The notes under the pieces are model-generated. The model made no database searches. It worked only from the letters and a program-made list of their open reading frames with translations, and had not been told where the DNA came from. 64,000 bases of DNA from Polyangiales bacterium (GTDB lineage: Bacteria > Myxococcota_A > Polyangia > Polyangiales > Polyangiaceae): NCBI GenBank assembly GCA_038231275.1, contig JBBRLQ010000012.1:165389-229388 (forward strand), given 5' to 3'. The position numbers and the translations under genes were made by a program. Below, piece after piece: positions 11,210 through 21,654 of the stretch; within the stretch, counting starts at the first letter, position 1; the number at the start of each line of letters is the position of its first letter.

Positions 11210-12412
11210 CTAGGTGCCCTGGCCACCGCTCCCCTCGAGGCGGTCGACCCGCCGGAGGCCAGGGAAGAGCAGCGCCCAGAGGGAGACCACCGCGACCGTG
11301 CCCACTCCCCCGAGGATCACCGCCCATTTCGCGCCGAGCCACGCGGCGGTAAGGCCTGACTCGAGCTCGCCGAGCTCGTTGGAGGCGCCGATGAACACCG
11401 CATTCACGGCGCCCACCCGGCCCCGCATGTCCTCGGGCGTCTCCAGCTGGACGAGCGTGAGGCGCACCACCACGCTCACCATGTCTGCGGCGCCAGTGAC
11501 GAAGAGCGCCGCGAGCGAAAGTGCGAGGTTCGTCGAGAAGCCGAACACGATCGTCGCGGCCCCGAAGAGCGCCACGCACGCGAGCATGATCGGCCCGGTG
11601 CGGCGCGTGAGCGGCCAGCGCGCGAGCGTCAACCCCGTGATCGCGGCGCCGAGCGCCGGAGCGCTGCGGAGGAGGCCCATCCCCGACGGCCCCACGAGGA
11701 GGACGTCTCGCGCAAAAATGGGGAGCAGCGCGACGGCACCGCCGAGGAGCACGGCGAACAGATCGAGCGAGATGGAGCCCAGGATGAGCTTGCGCGCCCA
11801 CACGTAGCGGATGCCGCCGGTGACCTGCTCCCACGACGCGGCCTTACGCTCACGCGCCACCGAACGAACGGGCATGCTCGCGATGAGCAGCGCGGCGATC
11901 AAGAGGAGCACGCCGCTCGCCGCGTAGACCCGCTCACCGATCGCGCCGTAGAGCACCCCGCCGAGCGCTGGCCCGACGACGACGCCGATCTGCCAGACCG
12001 AAGAGCTCTGCGCGACCGTTCGCGCGAACTTCTCTCTGGGCACGAGATCGGGAAGCAGCGCCTGGCTCGCCGGCGCCGAGAAGGCGCGCGCCGCCCCGAG
12101 GAGGACGAGCACGCCGTACACCGGCGCGACGCCCCACGCGCGCGGAAGGAGGAAGAGCGCCGCGGTGAGGCTCGCGAGCGCGAGGTGGACTACGATGAGG
12201 ATACGCCGGCGGTCGAGGCGGTCGGCCACCGCGCCGCCCACGAGCGACAGAAGCGCGGCCGGGACGAACTGCGCAAGGCCGACGTATCCGAGGTCGAGCG
12301 CGCGGTGCGTGCGATCGTAGACGTCCCACCCGATCGCGACGCTCTGCATCTGGAGCGCGAGGATCGCGGTGAAGCGCGCCGCGAAGAAGCGAAGGACGAC
12401 CGAGCTTTGCAT
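11210..12412 (-). CDS. MFS transporter
   Basis: ATG at 12412; about 12 TM segments; GAVADRLDRRR MFS motif A. Confidence 0.85.
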   Translation of the reverse strand: MQSSVVLRFFAARFTAILALQMQSVAIGWDVYDRTHRALDLGYVGLAQFVPAALLSLVGGAVADRLDRRRILIVVHLALASLTAALFLLPRAWGVAPVYGVLVLLGAARAFSAPASQALLPDLVPREKFARTVAQSSSVWQIGVVVGPALGGVLYGAIGERVYAASGVLLLIAALLIASMPVRSVARERKAASWEQVTGGIRYVWARKLILGSISLDLFAVLLGGAVALLPIFARDVLLVGPSGMGLLRSAPALGAAITGLTLARWPLTRRTGPIMLACVALFGAATIVFGFSTNLALSLAALFVTGAADMVSVVVRLTLVQLETPEDMRGRVGAVNAVFIGASNELGELESGLTAAWLGAKWAVILGGVGTVAVVSLWALLFPGLRRVDRLEGSGGQGT

Positions 12413-12420
12413 CGGGCGCC

Positions 12421-13029
12421 CTACTTGGCCGCGTCGATGTGGAAGCTCTCGAAAAATTTGTCGGTCAAAGGAGCGCTCATGTCTGCCTGGCCGGGGCTCG
12501 TGCAGCTGATGTCGTAGGTGCGATCGCCTGCGACCACGATCGCGCTTCGGCGCCATTGCACCGGCTTACCGGGGACGACGAGGCGCATGCGGCGCATTCG
12601 GGTCGGAAAGCCGCTGACCTTCACGTCGTCCTCCCTCTCGACTTCGCTGCCGCCGATCTTGTCGCGCGCGAGATCGTAGAGGCGCGTTCGATCGACGCCG
12701 CGCGGCTTGCCGTCGTAGTAGCTGACGACCAGGGTCGCGCCGCGGACGCCCCACCCGACCCCGGCGGTCGTCGCGTTGGGCGTCACGCCGGTCGGCGCCG
12801 CGACGGTGAAGCGCCCCTCTTTGGACACGTACGGCGCCGTCTCGACTCCCGCGTCGAGGAGAAGCGCGACGCCACCCTCGGGCGCGGCGTCGCCGACCAC
12901 GCTCGAGGAAGCGGCAGCGTCCGCGACGGACCGAGGAGCGTCCCCCTCGCCCGAACCGGACGAAGACTTCGGACATCCTGGAAGAAAGAGGAGGAGGCTC
13001 GCGCCGAAGGTCACCGCGACCTTTCGCAT
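12421..13029 (-). CDS. Hypothetical lipoprotein
   Basis: Signal peptide with LPGC lipobox. Confidence 0.6.
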   Translation of the reverse strand: MRKVAVTFGASLLLFLPGCPKSSSGSGEGDAPRSVADAAASSSVVGDAAPEGGVALLLDAGVETAPYVSKEGRFTVAAPTGVTPNATTAGVGWGVRGATLVVSYYDGKPRGVDRTRLYDLARDKIGGSEVEREDDVKVSGFPTRMRRMRLVVPGKPVQWRRSAIVVAGDRTYDISCTSPGQADMSAPLTDKFFESFHIDAAK

Positions 13030-13059
13030 GGCGGCACGTTACCCTATAAACCACGCCCC

Positions 13060-13527
13060 ATGCCCATCGATCCTGCGTTCGTCGCCGACTGCCCATACGC
13101 CCCGGATGGGCTATTGCTCGACGAAATCCTCGAGATCGACGCGGAGAACCACCGCGTCGTCGGGCGCATGCCGACCTCGGACGAGCTGCCGCTCACGCGC
13201 TCGCAGAGGGCGCACCCGGTCCGTCATCCGCGCCACGTCTCGGGCGGACTGATGGTGCACATGACCGGGATGATCGCCTTCGTCCACGCGTACTTCGTGC
13301 TCGGCCTCCGCCACGCCGACGGCTGGGTCGGCTACGGCGCGAAGATCAACAGCGCCCGCTTCCGCGCGCTCGCTCCGCCCGGCGCGCCGCTCATCCTTGC
13401 GTGCAAGGCCATCCAGATGCGGCGCGGCGACGCGAGCGTCTTCGCGCGCTACACGTTCGAGTTCACCCAAGAGGGCACGCTCGTTTACGAGGGAGACCAG
13501 AGCGCGATGTGGACGAAGGTGGCGTGA
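13060..13527 (+). CDS. FabA/FabZ-like hot-dog fold protein
   Basis: ATG at 13060; PY...LLLDEILE, H..G.LM, ARFR...PG pattern resembling FabZ. Confidence 0.55.
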   Translation: MPIDPAFVADCPYAPDGLLLDEILEIDAENHRVVGRMPTSDELPLTRSQRAHPVRHPRHVSGGLMVHMTGMIAFVHAYFVLGLRHADGWVGYGAKINSARFRALAPPGAPLILACKAIQMRRGDASVFARYTFEFTQEGTLVYEGDQSAMWTKVA

Positions 13528-13539
13528 GGGCAAACTCCG

Positions 13540-15486
13540 TCACAAATCGATCTGCGAGCCGAGCTCCACCACTTGCTCGCTCGGGATCGCGAAGTACGAC
13601 GTCGCCGTGACGCTGTTGCGCGACAGATACGAAAAGAGCGACTCGCTCACGACGCCCATCTTGCCTTTCGGCGTCGCCAGGAACGTCTCGCGCCCGAGAT
13701 AGTAGGTGATCTTGTGCGGGTTCACGTCGAGCGCGAGCTCCTTGCACGCGCGCGCGACGAGGACCGGCACGTCCGGCGTCTCCATGAAGCCGAAGCGCGT
13801 GAGGATGCGATAGAAGCCGTTCCCGAGCGACTCGGTGGTGAGGCGCTCGGCGTCCGGCACAGTGGGCACATGGTCCACCGATACGGTGAGCATCAAGATC
13901 GTCTCGTGGAGCACGCCGATGCGCGTCGCGTGGTGGAAGAGCACCGGCGGCGTGCCCTGCGGGTTCGACGACATGAACACCGCCGTCCCCGGCACACGCG
14001 GGACCTTCAGCTCCTTCATGAAGCCCTCGAGCGACGGTGATTTGGCGGCGATCGCCTCGGCGAGGATACGGCGTCCCGTCTTCCAGTTGACCATCACGAC
14101 GAGGAACCCCGCCGCGACGAGCACCGGCACGTAGCCGCCGTCCATGAATTTGAGGATGTTCGACGAGAAGAACGGGATATCGAACGCCAGGAAGAGAACC
14201 AGGAGCGGCGCGCTCTTCGACAGAGGCCAGCTCCACGTTTGGCGCGTCACGAGAAAGTAGACGATGGATGTGATGCCCATTGTGCCGGTTACTGCGATGC
14301 CGTACGCGGCGGCGAGCTTTGTGCTCTCTTTGAAGGCGATCACAAGCGCGATGCACGCGATGGCGAGGAGCCAGTTGATCTCGGGGACGTAGATCTGACC
14401 CTCCGCCTCGCGCGAGGTGTGGCGGACCGTGACGCGCGGGAAGAAGCCGAGCTGCACCGCCTGGTGCGTGAGCGAGAACGCGCCGCTGATGAGCGCCTGC
14501 GACGCGATGACGGTCGCCGCGCCGGAGAGACCGACGAGCGCGTACGTCCACATGCCAGGCGGCACCATCGCGAAGAACGGGTTCATGCTCGCGAGCTGCG
14601 GGTCGGCGAGCACCATCGCCCCTTGCCCGAAATACGCGAGGATGAGGGCCGGCATCACGAAGGCGAGCCACGCGAGGCGGATCGGCTTGCTCCCGAAGTG
14701 CCCCATGTCGGCGTAGAGCGCCTCTCCGCCGGTGACCGCGAGGACGACGGAGCCGAGCACCGCGAAGCCCTTGACGCCGTGGCGCGTGAAGAAGGAGATC
14801 GCGTACGTCGGCGAGAGGGCAGCGAACACCGCGGGGTTCTTCATCACGTGGTAGGCGCCGAGGATCCCGATCGTGCCGAACCACGTCAGCATCACTGGGC
14901 CGAAGAGGATGCCGACACCGGCGGTGCCGCGCTTCTGGATCATGAAGAGGCCGAGGAGGATGACGCAGGTGATGGGCACCGTGTACGGCTTGAAGGTGGG
15001 CGTCGCGAGCTCGAGCCCTTCGACCGCCGACAGCACGCTGATCGCTGGCGTGATCATGCCGTCGCCGTACAGCAGCGCGGCGCCGATGATGACGAGGAGC
15101 GCGACCCACCCGATGCCCCCGCTCTTCTGCTTGCGAAGCTTCTCGGGGAGGAGCGCGAGGAGCGCGAGGATGCCGCCCTCGCCGCGGTTGTCGGCGCGCA
15201 TGATGAACGTGAGGTACTTCACCGTGACGACGAGGGTGAGCGCCCAGAAGATGAGCGACAGGACGCCGAGCGTGTTCTCGGCCGCGCGCGGGACGCCGTG
15301 CTCTTCTTTGAGGCACTCCTTCAGCGTGTAGAGGGGGCTCGTGCCGATGTCGCCGAAGACGATGCCGAGCGCCGCGAGGGCGAGCTGACCGGTGCTCCCT
15401 GCATGCGGTGTCGCGTGGTTGCCGTGTGGCGCGAGTCGAACGGCGGACTTGGAGGGCGCGGGCGTCGAGGCGGGGGGTGCGGTCAC
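13540..15486 (-). CDS. kup: KUP/HAK/KT potassium uptake transporter
   Basis: GIVFGDIGTSPLY, ADNRGEGG, GDGMITPAISVLSAVEG, EALYADMGHF, GQIYVP; GTG start at 15486 inferred. Confidence 0.93.
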   Translation of the reverse strand: MTAPPASTPAPSKSAVRLAPHGNHATPHAGSTGQLALAALGIVFGDIGTSPLYTLKECLKEEHGVPRAAENTLGVLSLIFWALTLVVTVKYLTFIMRADNRGEGGILALLALLPEKLRKQKSGGIGWVALLVIIGAALLYGDGMITPAISVLSAVEGLELATPTFKPYTVPITCVILLGLFMIQKRGTAGVGILFGPVMLTWFGTIGILGAYHVMKNPAVFAALSPTYAISFFTRHGVKGFAVLGSVVLAVTGGEALYADMGHFGSKPIRLAWLAFVMPALILAYFGQGAMVLADPQLASMNPFFAMVPPGMWTYALVGLSGAATVIASQALISGAFSLTHQAVQLGFFPRVTVRHTSREAEGQIYVPEINWLLAIACIALVIAFKESTKLAAAYGIAVTGTMGITSIVYFLVTRQTWSWPLSKSAPLLVLFLAFDIPFFSSNILKFMDGGYVPVLVAAGFLVVMVNWKTGRRILAEAIAAKSPSLEGFMKELKVPRVPGTAVFMSSNPQGTPPVLFHHATRIGVLHETILMLTVSVDHVPTVPDAERLTTESLGNGFYRILTRFGFMETPDVPVLVARACKELALDVNPHKITYYLGRETFLATPKGKMGVVSESLFSYLSRNSVTATSYFAIPSEQVVELGSQIDL

Positions 15487-15518
15487 CGCGGCGAGGGTAC
15501 CAAACGCCACCCAGCGCG

Positions 15519-17498
15519 TCAGGGATCGATCACGAGCGTCCCGAACGCGCTGGGAACGTGAAAATTGGGCGACTTCGTGCGCGGAGGGCTCCACGCGAGG
15601 TAGGTGCGCGGCGACGCACCCTCGATGCGGTAGAGGCCGAGGCGGAGGCGTGCGCCGGGGACCAACGCCGCGGTGACGTCCTTGGCGGCGAGCACGGCCT
15701 CGATCGTCGCGGTGCGCGCCTTTTCGTCGTGCGCCGTGACGACCGTGACGCCGCTCGACCACGCGATGTCCTCTTTGTGCGCCGCGCGATCGACGTCGAT
15801 GTCGAAGAAGTGCCCGAGCGGCCCCAGCTCCACCTCGAAGTAGCGCGAGGGTTGCGAGGCCTTTGGCGTGAGGAACATCTCGACGCAGTCCTCCTCGTAG
15901 AGCTTCTCGCGCTCCGTGCCGATCGGTCGCGACGCGTCGGCGTGGAGGCCGGCGTTCGTGAGCTCCCAAAGGGAGTAGAGACCGGATTTGGTCCACGCGA
16001 AGCGCGCGCGCGTGACGATGCTCGTCTTGCTACCCGCGAAATCGGTGTCCCACGCGACCTCCGCCGCGTCGGCCCACGCCGCGTCGCCGCCGCGCCCGTC
16101 GATCACCGGCGGATCCCCGTCGACACGATGCGCGTGCGCGGTGGGATGCTCCACGCCGCCGACCTCCGACTCGATCGAGAACGGCGCCATGCCATAAAAA
16201 TGCACGGGACGAGGCGCGCGAAGAAGATCGGCGCCGTCGCCTGCGACGAGCGGCTGCGTGAGATCGAGCCCGAAGCGCTTTGCGGCGATCTCGATGAGCG
16301 GCGACGTGGTGTGACCGCCCAGCTCGCGCGCGAGATCGGCGTTGTCCCACAGCCCGAGGAGCTGCGCGCCGACGCGATCGACGAGGATCGGGTTGGTGCC
16401 GCCGAGCGCGACGAGCTCTTCGCTCGGGAGGAGCTTCTGGAAGCCGTCGCCCGACATCATCGGCGCGCCGTCGGCGAGCACCACGTCGGGCGTCTCCACC
16501 TCCAGCACGTCGGCGATGCGCCCGGCGAAGGTCTCGAGCGCGGAGACGTAGAGCGCGCGGTCCTCGGGGAGCTTCTTTTTCCGCTGATCCAGGTACTTGT
16601 TGAGCTCGCGGTGCATCCGCCATTTTTGACGAAACACCGGCGCGGCGTCGCTCAGCATGATCGTGCCCTGCACGCCCTTCACCGACAGGCTGACGACGCC
16701 GAAGCGATGCGCCTTCACCTTGGGCGCGGAGATGAAGAGGCCGTGGTCGAGGACGTCGGCGAGGAGCTTTGGCATGAGGAGCGTCGGCACCTTCGATTTT
16801 TCCATGCCGCGGACGCCGACGGGGCGACCTGGAAAACCGTGCGCTTCGTCGGTATCGAACACGCCGTCGTCGTCGAGCGCGACGAGCGGGACGCCCTCCT
16901 CGCGCGTCATCGCTTCGTAGCCGCTGACCTGGACGAGGCGCTCCCAGTCCTTGTGCGTGGCGCCCCAGCCCTCCGCGACGATGACGTTGGTGTGTCCGCG
17001 CGCCTTGAGGCATCGCACGATGCCGCGGACGAACTCGGGATCGGTGATGCGTCCGCGAATGCCGTCGTCGCCGCCGGATTTCGCGGGATCTTTGAACCAA
17101 TCGAAGCCGCCGAGGTTGGGCTTGATCAGGACCGGCGCGGCGAGCGGTCGTTCAGGGACGACCTCCTTGCAGATGCGCTCTCCGAGCTCACGCGCCGAGC
17201 GGCCGCGGAGAATCGTGACGGGCGAGCGCTGGCCGAGGCGGCCTCGGTGCTTGGCGCGGAGGGCGTCGCCGTCGACGGACTCGGTCGTCCGCACGCCGCC
17301 GCCCCCGTCGCCGAGCCATGACGCGTGCGTGACGATGTCGGCATCGGCGCCGGCATCGCTCGAGCCAACGCTCGCGCTCGGCCGCGGCACGCTCGCCTCC
17401 GAGACCGCGCCGGCGTCCGTGCTCTTGGCGCCGTCGCGCGTACATGCGGCGACCAGCACCGCCACGATAGCCATACGAGCGACAAAACCTCTGCGCAT
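15519..17498 (-). CDS. Lipoprotein with DUF362-like domain fused to C-terminal CBM9/DOMON-like domain
   Basis: VAAC lipobox; VLIKPN, TDPEFV, PKVKAH, NPILVD (DUF362 pattern); PVIDG...W, EDCVEMF, YFEVE, WSP...NFHVP..FG (CBM9-like). Confidence 0.7.
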   Translation of the reverse strand: MRRGFVARMAIVAVLVAACTRDGAKSTDAGAVSEASVPRPSASVGSSDAGADADIVTHASWLGDGGGGVRTTESVDGDALRAKHRGRLGQRSPVTILRGRSARELGERICKEVVPERPLAAPVLIKPNLGGFDWFKDPAKSGGDDGIRGRITDPEFVRGIVRCLKARGHTNVIVAEGWGATHKDWERLVQVSGYEAMTREEGVPLVALDDDGVFDTDEAHGFPGRPVGVRGMEKSKVPTLLMPKLLADVLDHGLFISAPKVKAHRFGVVSLSVKGVQGTIMLSDAAPVFRQKWRMHRELNKYLDQRKKKLPEDRALYVSALETFAGRIADVLEVETPDVVLADGAPMMSGDGFQKLLPSEELVALGGTNPILVDRVGAQLLGLWDNADLARELGGHTTSPLIEIAAKRFGLDLTQPLVAGDGADLLRAPRPVHFYGMAPFSIESEVGGVEHPTAHAHRVDGDPPVIDGRGGDAAWADAAEVAWDTDFAGSKTSIVTRARFAWTKSGLYSLWELTNAGLHADASRPIGTEREKLYEEDCVEMFLTPKASQPSRYFEVELGPLGHFFDIDVDRAAHKEDIAWSSGVTVVTAHDEKARTATIEAVLAAKDVTAALVPGARLRLGLYRIEGASPRTYLAWSPPRTKSPNFHVPSAFGTLVIDP

Positions 17499-17695
17499 GC
17501 GTCGCCACGATAGCCTGATCGAGGTACCGTGAACGGGCGTTGGTGTGAACCCTGCTACTGGGCGTGCACGCGAACGCTCCGCGTGGGAAATTCGGCCCAT
17601 GCGGCGCCCGTTGCGCCATACGGCCCTCAGATCGTGCGGCTGCGCGGCATCAGCGGGGATCGGCAGAAGCTACTCAGCCCGTACCGGAAGGTGAG

Positions 17696-19870
17696 ATGAA
17701 CGAAGCCCGAGCGCGCGCCCGAACCACGGGCGAGGTCCGCACCGTCGGACGATACGCCCTGCACGACGAGATCGCGTCGGGCGGCATGGCGACGGTGTAC
17801 TTCGGACGCCTGCTCGGCCCCGTCGGTTTCTCGCGCACCGTCGCGATCAAGCGGCTTCACCCGCACCACGCGAAGGACCCCCAGGTCGCCGCGATGTTCA
17901 TCGACGAGGCGCGCCTCGTGTCGCGCGTGCAGCACCCCAACGTGGTCCCCACGCTCGACGTCGTGAGCCAGGAGGGCGAGGTGCTCCTGGTGATGGAGTA
18001 CGTGCAGGGCGAGACGTTGGCGCGGCTTCTTCGCGAGTCGATCAACCGGAAGACGCCGGTGCCGCTGCGCGTGGCGCTTGCGATCCTGACCAACGTGCTG
18101 CATGGGCTCCACGCGGCGCACGAGGCGACGAGCGAGTCGGGGGAGCCGCTCGACATCGTCCACCGCGACGTGTCGCCGCAGAACGTGCTCGTCTCGGTCG
18201 ACGGCGTCGCGCGCGTGTGCGACTTCGGGATCGCGCGCGCGAAGGTCCGCGTGGAGAGCACCGACGAAGGGAACATCAAGGGAAAGATCTCGTACATGTG
18301 CCCCGAGCAGCTCGCAGGGGCGCCGGTCGACAGGCGCGCCGACGTGTACGCCGCGGCGGTGATGCTCTGGGAGCTCTTCTGCGGGCGAAAGCTGTGGAGC
18401 GTGTCCGACGCGCAGACGTCGCTGCTCGACAAGATGTTCAAGACAGTGGACCGACCGAGCATGCACCGCGAGGATCTCCCGGACGCCCTCGACGCGATCG
18501 TGATGCACGGCCTCGAGCGCGACGCCAACAAGCGCTTCGCCACCGCGCGGGAGTTCGCGCTGGCCCTCGAGCAGTACGGTCCGCTCGCGCCGGCGAGCGA
18601 GGTCGGCGCGTGGGTGGAGAGCATGGCCCACGACGCGCTCTCCGTACGAAAGCTCAAGGTGAGCGCATACGAGTCGCAGCCCGCGCCGAGCGGCGAGAGC
18701 CTCGGCGACGAGACCAGCACGGTGCGGCCGTCTCCTGCGCCGCCTGCGAATGCGTCGCCCGCGTCCTCGGATCGTCCTGCGCCGCCGCAGATGCGGAGCG
18801 ACACGTACCCCGTGTCACGCGCGAGCCGTCCCGATCGCGCAGAGCGTGCGAGCATGCGGCCGTCGCGCATCTTCGCAGAGGCGCGGCGCTTCAACCCGTG
18901 GCGAACCCACGTGACACGGGCGGCGCAGGGGGCCGCCGTCGCGCTCGCGATCTGCGCCGCCGTGCTCGGTGGCCGGGCGCTCGTCCGCGGTGGAAGCGGT
19001 AGCGGCGCCACCAGCGTGACCGACACCAAAGGAGCCGTCGCGCCGAGCGTCGGCGCCGCGGCGGTCGCGAGCGCGTGCCCGAACGGCGCCGTCCTGGTCC
19101 CCGGCGGCAAACTCTTCATGGGGGACGACGAGGCGACGGCCCTCGAGCGTCCCGTGCACCAGGTCACGATGTCTGCATTCTGCATCGACCTGACCGAGGT
19201 CACCGTCGCGGCGTACAAGGCGTGCAGCGACCGCGGCGAGTGCAAGCGCGCGCCGGTCAGCAACGAGTGGGATGGCCTCACCGCCGCCGAATCACGCGCC
19301 TATGATCCGCTCTGCAACGCGCGCGATCCTGCCCTCCGCGGCGCGCACCCGATGAACTGCGTCGCGTGGGACATGGCGGCGACGTTCTGCACGGCGAACG
19401 GCAAGCGCCTCCCGACCGAGGCCGAGTGGGAGTACGCGGCGCGCGGCTCCGACGGGCGCAGGTACCCGTGGGGCGACGAGGCGCCGAACGAGACGCTCCT
19501 CAACGCGTGCGGCAAGGAGTGCGGCGAGCTCGGAAAGCAGGCGCGCCTCCCGCTCGATCCGCTCTACATGAAGGATGATGGGTGGCCGTCGACGGCGCCG
19601 GTGGGCAGCTTTCCGCGTGGCCGTTCGCGCGTCGGCGCGCTCGATCTCGCCGGCAACGTGTGGGAGTGGACCGGCGATTGGTACGCGCCTTACGGGGCGG
19701 ACGCGCAGACCGATCCGAAGGGGCCCGGGCAGGGAAAGGCCCGCATCGTCCGCGGCGGAGCGTGGAACACGTCGAGCCTCGCGCAGCTCCGGCCCACGGT
19801 GCGCCACCGCGATCCGCCCGACAAGCGCTCCTTCACGATCGGCTTCCGTTGCGCCGCCACGCCGCGCTGA
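17696..19870 (+). CDS. Ser/Thr protein kinase, one TM segment, C-terminal FGE-sulfatase (SUMF1) domain
   Basis: GGMATVY, HRDVSPQN, DFG; C-terminal TEVT, RLPTEAEWEYAARG, DLAGNVWEW, GFRC. Confidence 0.9.
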   Translation: MNEARARARTTGEVRTVGRYALHDEIASGGMATVYFGRLLGPVGFSRTVAIKRLHPHHAKDPQVAAMFIDEARLVSRVQHPNVVPTLDVVSQEGEVLLVMEYVQGETLARLLRESINRKTPVPLRVALAILTNVLHGLHAAHEATSESGEPLDIVHRDVSPQNVLVSVDGVARVCDFGIARAKVRVESTDEGNIKGKISYMCPEQLAGAPVDRRADVYAAAVMLWELFCGRKLWSVSDAQTSLLDKMFKTVDRPSMHREDLPDALDAIVMHGLERDANKRFATAREFALALEQYGPLAPASEVGAWVESMAHDALSVRKLKVSAYESQPAPSGESLGDETSTVRPSPAPPANASPASSDRPAPPQMRSDTYPVSRASRPDRAERASMRPSRIFAEARRFNPWRTHVTRAAQGAAVALAICAAVLGGRALVRGGSGSGATSVTDTKGAVAPSVGAAAVASACPNGAVLVPGGKLFMGDDEATALERPVHQVTMSAFCIDLTEVTVAAYKACSDRGECKRAPVSNEWDGLTAAESRAYDPLCNARDPALRGAHPMNCVAWDMAATFCTANGKRLPTEAEWEYAARGSDGRRYPWGDEAPNETLLNACGKECGELGKQARLPLDPLYMKDDGWPSTAPVGSFPRGRSRVGALDLAGNVWEWTGDWYAPYGADAQTDPKGPGQGKARIVRGGAWNTSSLAQLRPTVRHRDPPDKRSFTIGFRCAATPR

Positions 19871-19948
19871 GGATCACGGCGGCAGGCGCCGCTCTTGCGC
19901 CGGCGCCGGGGACGGTGGGATGCTCTGACCACCTCGGTTAGTCGATCG

Positions 19949-20461
19949 TCACATGCAGATCCCGCGAAGGCATTTCGTGGGGGAAGCGCAGACGACGCCA
20001 CAGGTGCCGCAGTTGTTGCCGTCGAAGAGCAAGTCGACGCACACGCCGCCGCAAAGGTCCTGGCCCGCGGCGCAGGTCGTCGTCGCGTCGGAGCCTCCGT
20101 CCGATGACCCGCGACCTGAGTCCGATACGCCGGCATCGCGCGGCGGGGGCGGCGGAGGCGGGGGCGGTGGCGGGGGAGGAGGCGGCGGTGCCGTGCATAC
20201 GCCGCCAAGGCACGTGTCCGCGCCCCCGCACTTCACTCCGCACGCGCCGCAGTTCGCGTTGTCCGACAACACGTCGACGCAGATCCCGTTGCAGGCGATC
20301 AAGCGCGGGTCACACGAGCCGTCGTTCTTCGGCGGCTCGCCGACGCCCCCGAGCGCGTTGCTCTCGGAGCCCGTTCCCCTGCCCACGGTGACGTCGCTCC
20401 CGCACGCGGACAGCATCACGAGCGATGCGGCGAGCGTGGCGAAGATGGCTTTCTCGTTCAT
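19949..20461 (-). CDS. Cys-rich lipoprotein with NCG.CG..C repeats (MXAN_6577/Stig1-like)
   Basis: LSAC lipobox; two CVD...NCGxCG repeats separated by poly-Pro. Confidence 0.75.
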   Translation of the reverse strand: MNEKAIFATLAASLVMLSACGSDVTVGRGTGSESNALGGVGEPPKNDGSCDPRLIACNGICVDVLSDNANCGACGVKCGGADTCLGGVCTAPPPPPPPPPPPPPPPPRDAGVSDSGRGSSDGGSDATTTCAAGQDLCGGVCVDLLFDGNNCGTCGVVCASPTKCLRGICM

Positions 20462-20479
20462 TGGTTCCTGCCTCCGGCG

Positions 20480-20511
20480 CGTAGATGAACCGGCACCCCT
20501 TGCACGATCAC
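20480..20511 (-). promoter_or_regulatory. Candidate ECF-sigma promoter GTGATCG-N17-CATCTACG
   Basis: Same bipartite motif and spacing as at 21608-21639. Confidence 0.6.
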
Positions 20512-20582
20512 GAAATCGACGAGGTGCATGATCTTCCGATTTTCGTGAACGTCTCGGCCGCAGCGCGCACCTTGGCAGCTCT

Positions 20583-21611
20583 GTGCGAGCCATGGCCATC
20601 GCCGTCCTCGTTGGGCTGGGGCTCGGCGCATTCCCCGCGCGACTCGAGGCGGCGGAGGGCGGCGTCTCCTTGTCGCTCTCCGCGCCGGCCGCGTGTCCGC
20701 CGCGTGAGTCGCTCGTCTCCAACGTGAGCGCTCGGACCCCCGAGGCAGCCTTCGTGGAAGGCGCCGCCGCCCTCGAATTCCGCGTACGGATTGGCCAGAC
20801 CACGCGGGGCTTCGTGGCCGCAGTGGAGACCCGCATTCACGGCGATTCCGAGACCCGACGTCTTCAAGGCGCGACGTGCGCGGAGCTCGTCGACGCGGTC
20901 GGGCTCGTGATCGCGCTCACGATCGATCCGGACGCGGTGAGGAGCCTTCCGGCAGAGGAGGCAACGCGCGCGAGCATCGCCGAAGTCACCCCGCGGGCGA
21001 GCTCTCCTCCTTCTGTCGCCAAGGAGCGCGATGCGCCACCTGCACGCGACGTCGCCGTGCCGCCTGCGGCCGCGTCGCGAGCGCGCTGGGTTCCTTTCGT
21101 GAGAGGCGGGATCCAGGCCGAGCTGGGCACGCTGCCGTACGCTGCGCTCGGCGTCTTCGGCGCCGTTGGTGTGGAGCTCGAACGGGGCCCCGCAGCTCTC
21201 GCCCCCTCGTTTGCGTTCGAGCCTTCGTTCGCCACCAGCGACGCCTTCGCGAGCGCCCCGGCGCGCGGATCGTACATGCGTGGCGCCGCGCGCGTCGAGG
21301 CGTGTCCGTTGCGCTTCGTCGCGTTCGGAGCCTCGCTTCGGCCGTGCGCGTGGATGGGCGCGGGCCTCGTGCGCGCCGAGGACACGGCCGCCCCTGTTCC
21401 GGAGGTGCGGATGGCCCCATGGGCCGACGCCGGCGCGCGGTTGCGCTTTCGCGGAGAGTTTGGGCGCCGCCTTTTCGTCGAGGTCGACGCCGGTGCCGTC
21501 GTGCCCATCACGCGTCCCACGTTCGTGCTCGAGCAACCGAGAAGCATCGTGTACGCGACCCCGGCCGTCGGCGGCACGTTCGCCCTCGGCGGCGGCGTGC
21601 GCTTTTGGTGA
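20583..21611 (+). CDS. Exported protein, possibly with C-terminal beta-barrel-like region, first gene of ECF cluster
   Basis: Signal-like N-terminus; alternating beta strands; ends VRFW. Confidence 0.6.
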   Translation: MRAMAIAVLVGLGLGAFPARLEAAEGGVSLSLSAPAACPPRESLVSNVSARTPEAAFVEGAAALEFRVRIGQTTRGFVAAVETRIHGDSETRRLQGATCAELVDAVGLVIALTIDPDAVRSLPAEEATRASIAEVTPRASSPPSVAKERDAPPARDVAVPPAAASRARWVPFVRGGIQAELGTLPYAALGVFGAVGVELERGPAALAPSFAFEPSFATSDAFASAPARGSYMRGAARVEACPLRFVAFGASLRPCAWMGAGLVRAEDTAAPVPEVRMAPWADAGARLRFRGEFGRRLFVEVDAGAVVPITRPTFVLEQPRSIVYATPAVGGTFALGGGVRFW

Positions 21612-21639
21612 TCGCGGCGGGGGTCGAGATGCATCTACG
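21608..21639 (+). promoter_or_regulatory. Candidate ECF-sigma autoregulatory promoter GTGATCG-N17-CATCTACG
   Basis: Immediately upstream of sigma RBS GAGGAG; identical boxes at 20480-20511 on the minus strand. Confidence 0.6.
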
Positions 21640-21654
21640 AGGAGAACGCTGCTC

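Noticed and set aside
15487..15996. N-terminal extension of Kup
   Set aside because: Overlaps the DUF362-CBM9 gene in another frame and is Arg-rich shadow sequence
17520..17690. Intergenic hairpins as a riboswitch
   Set aside because: Pairing is present but no recognisable aptamer consensus; high GC explains the stems
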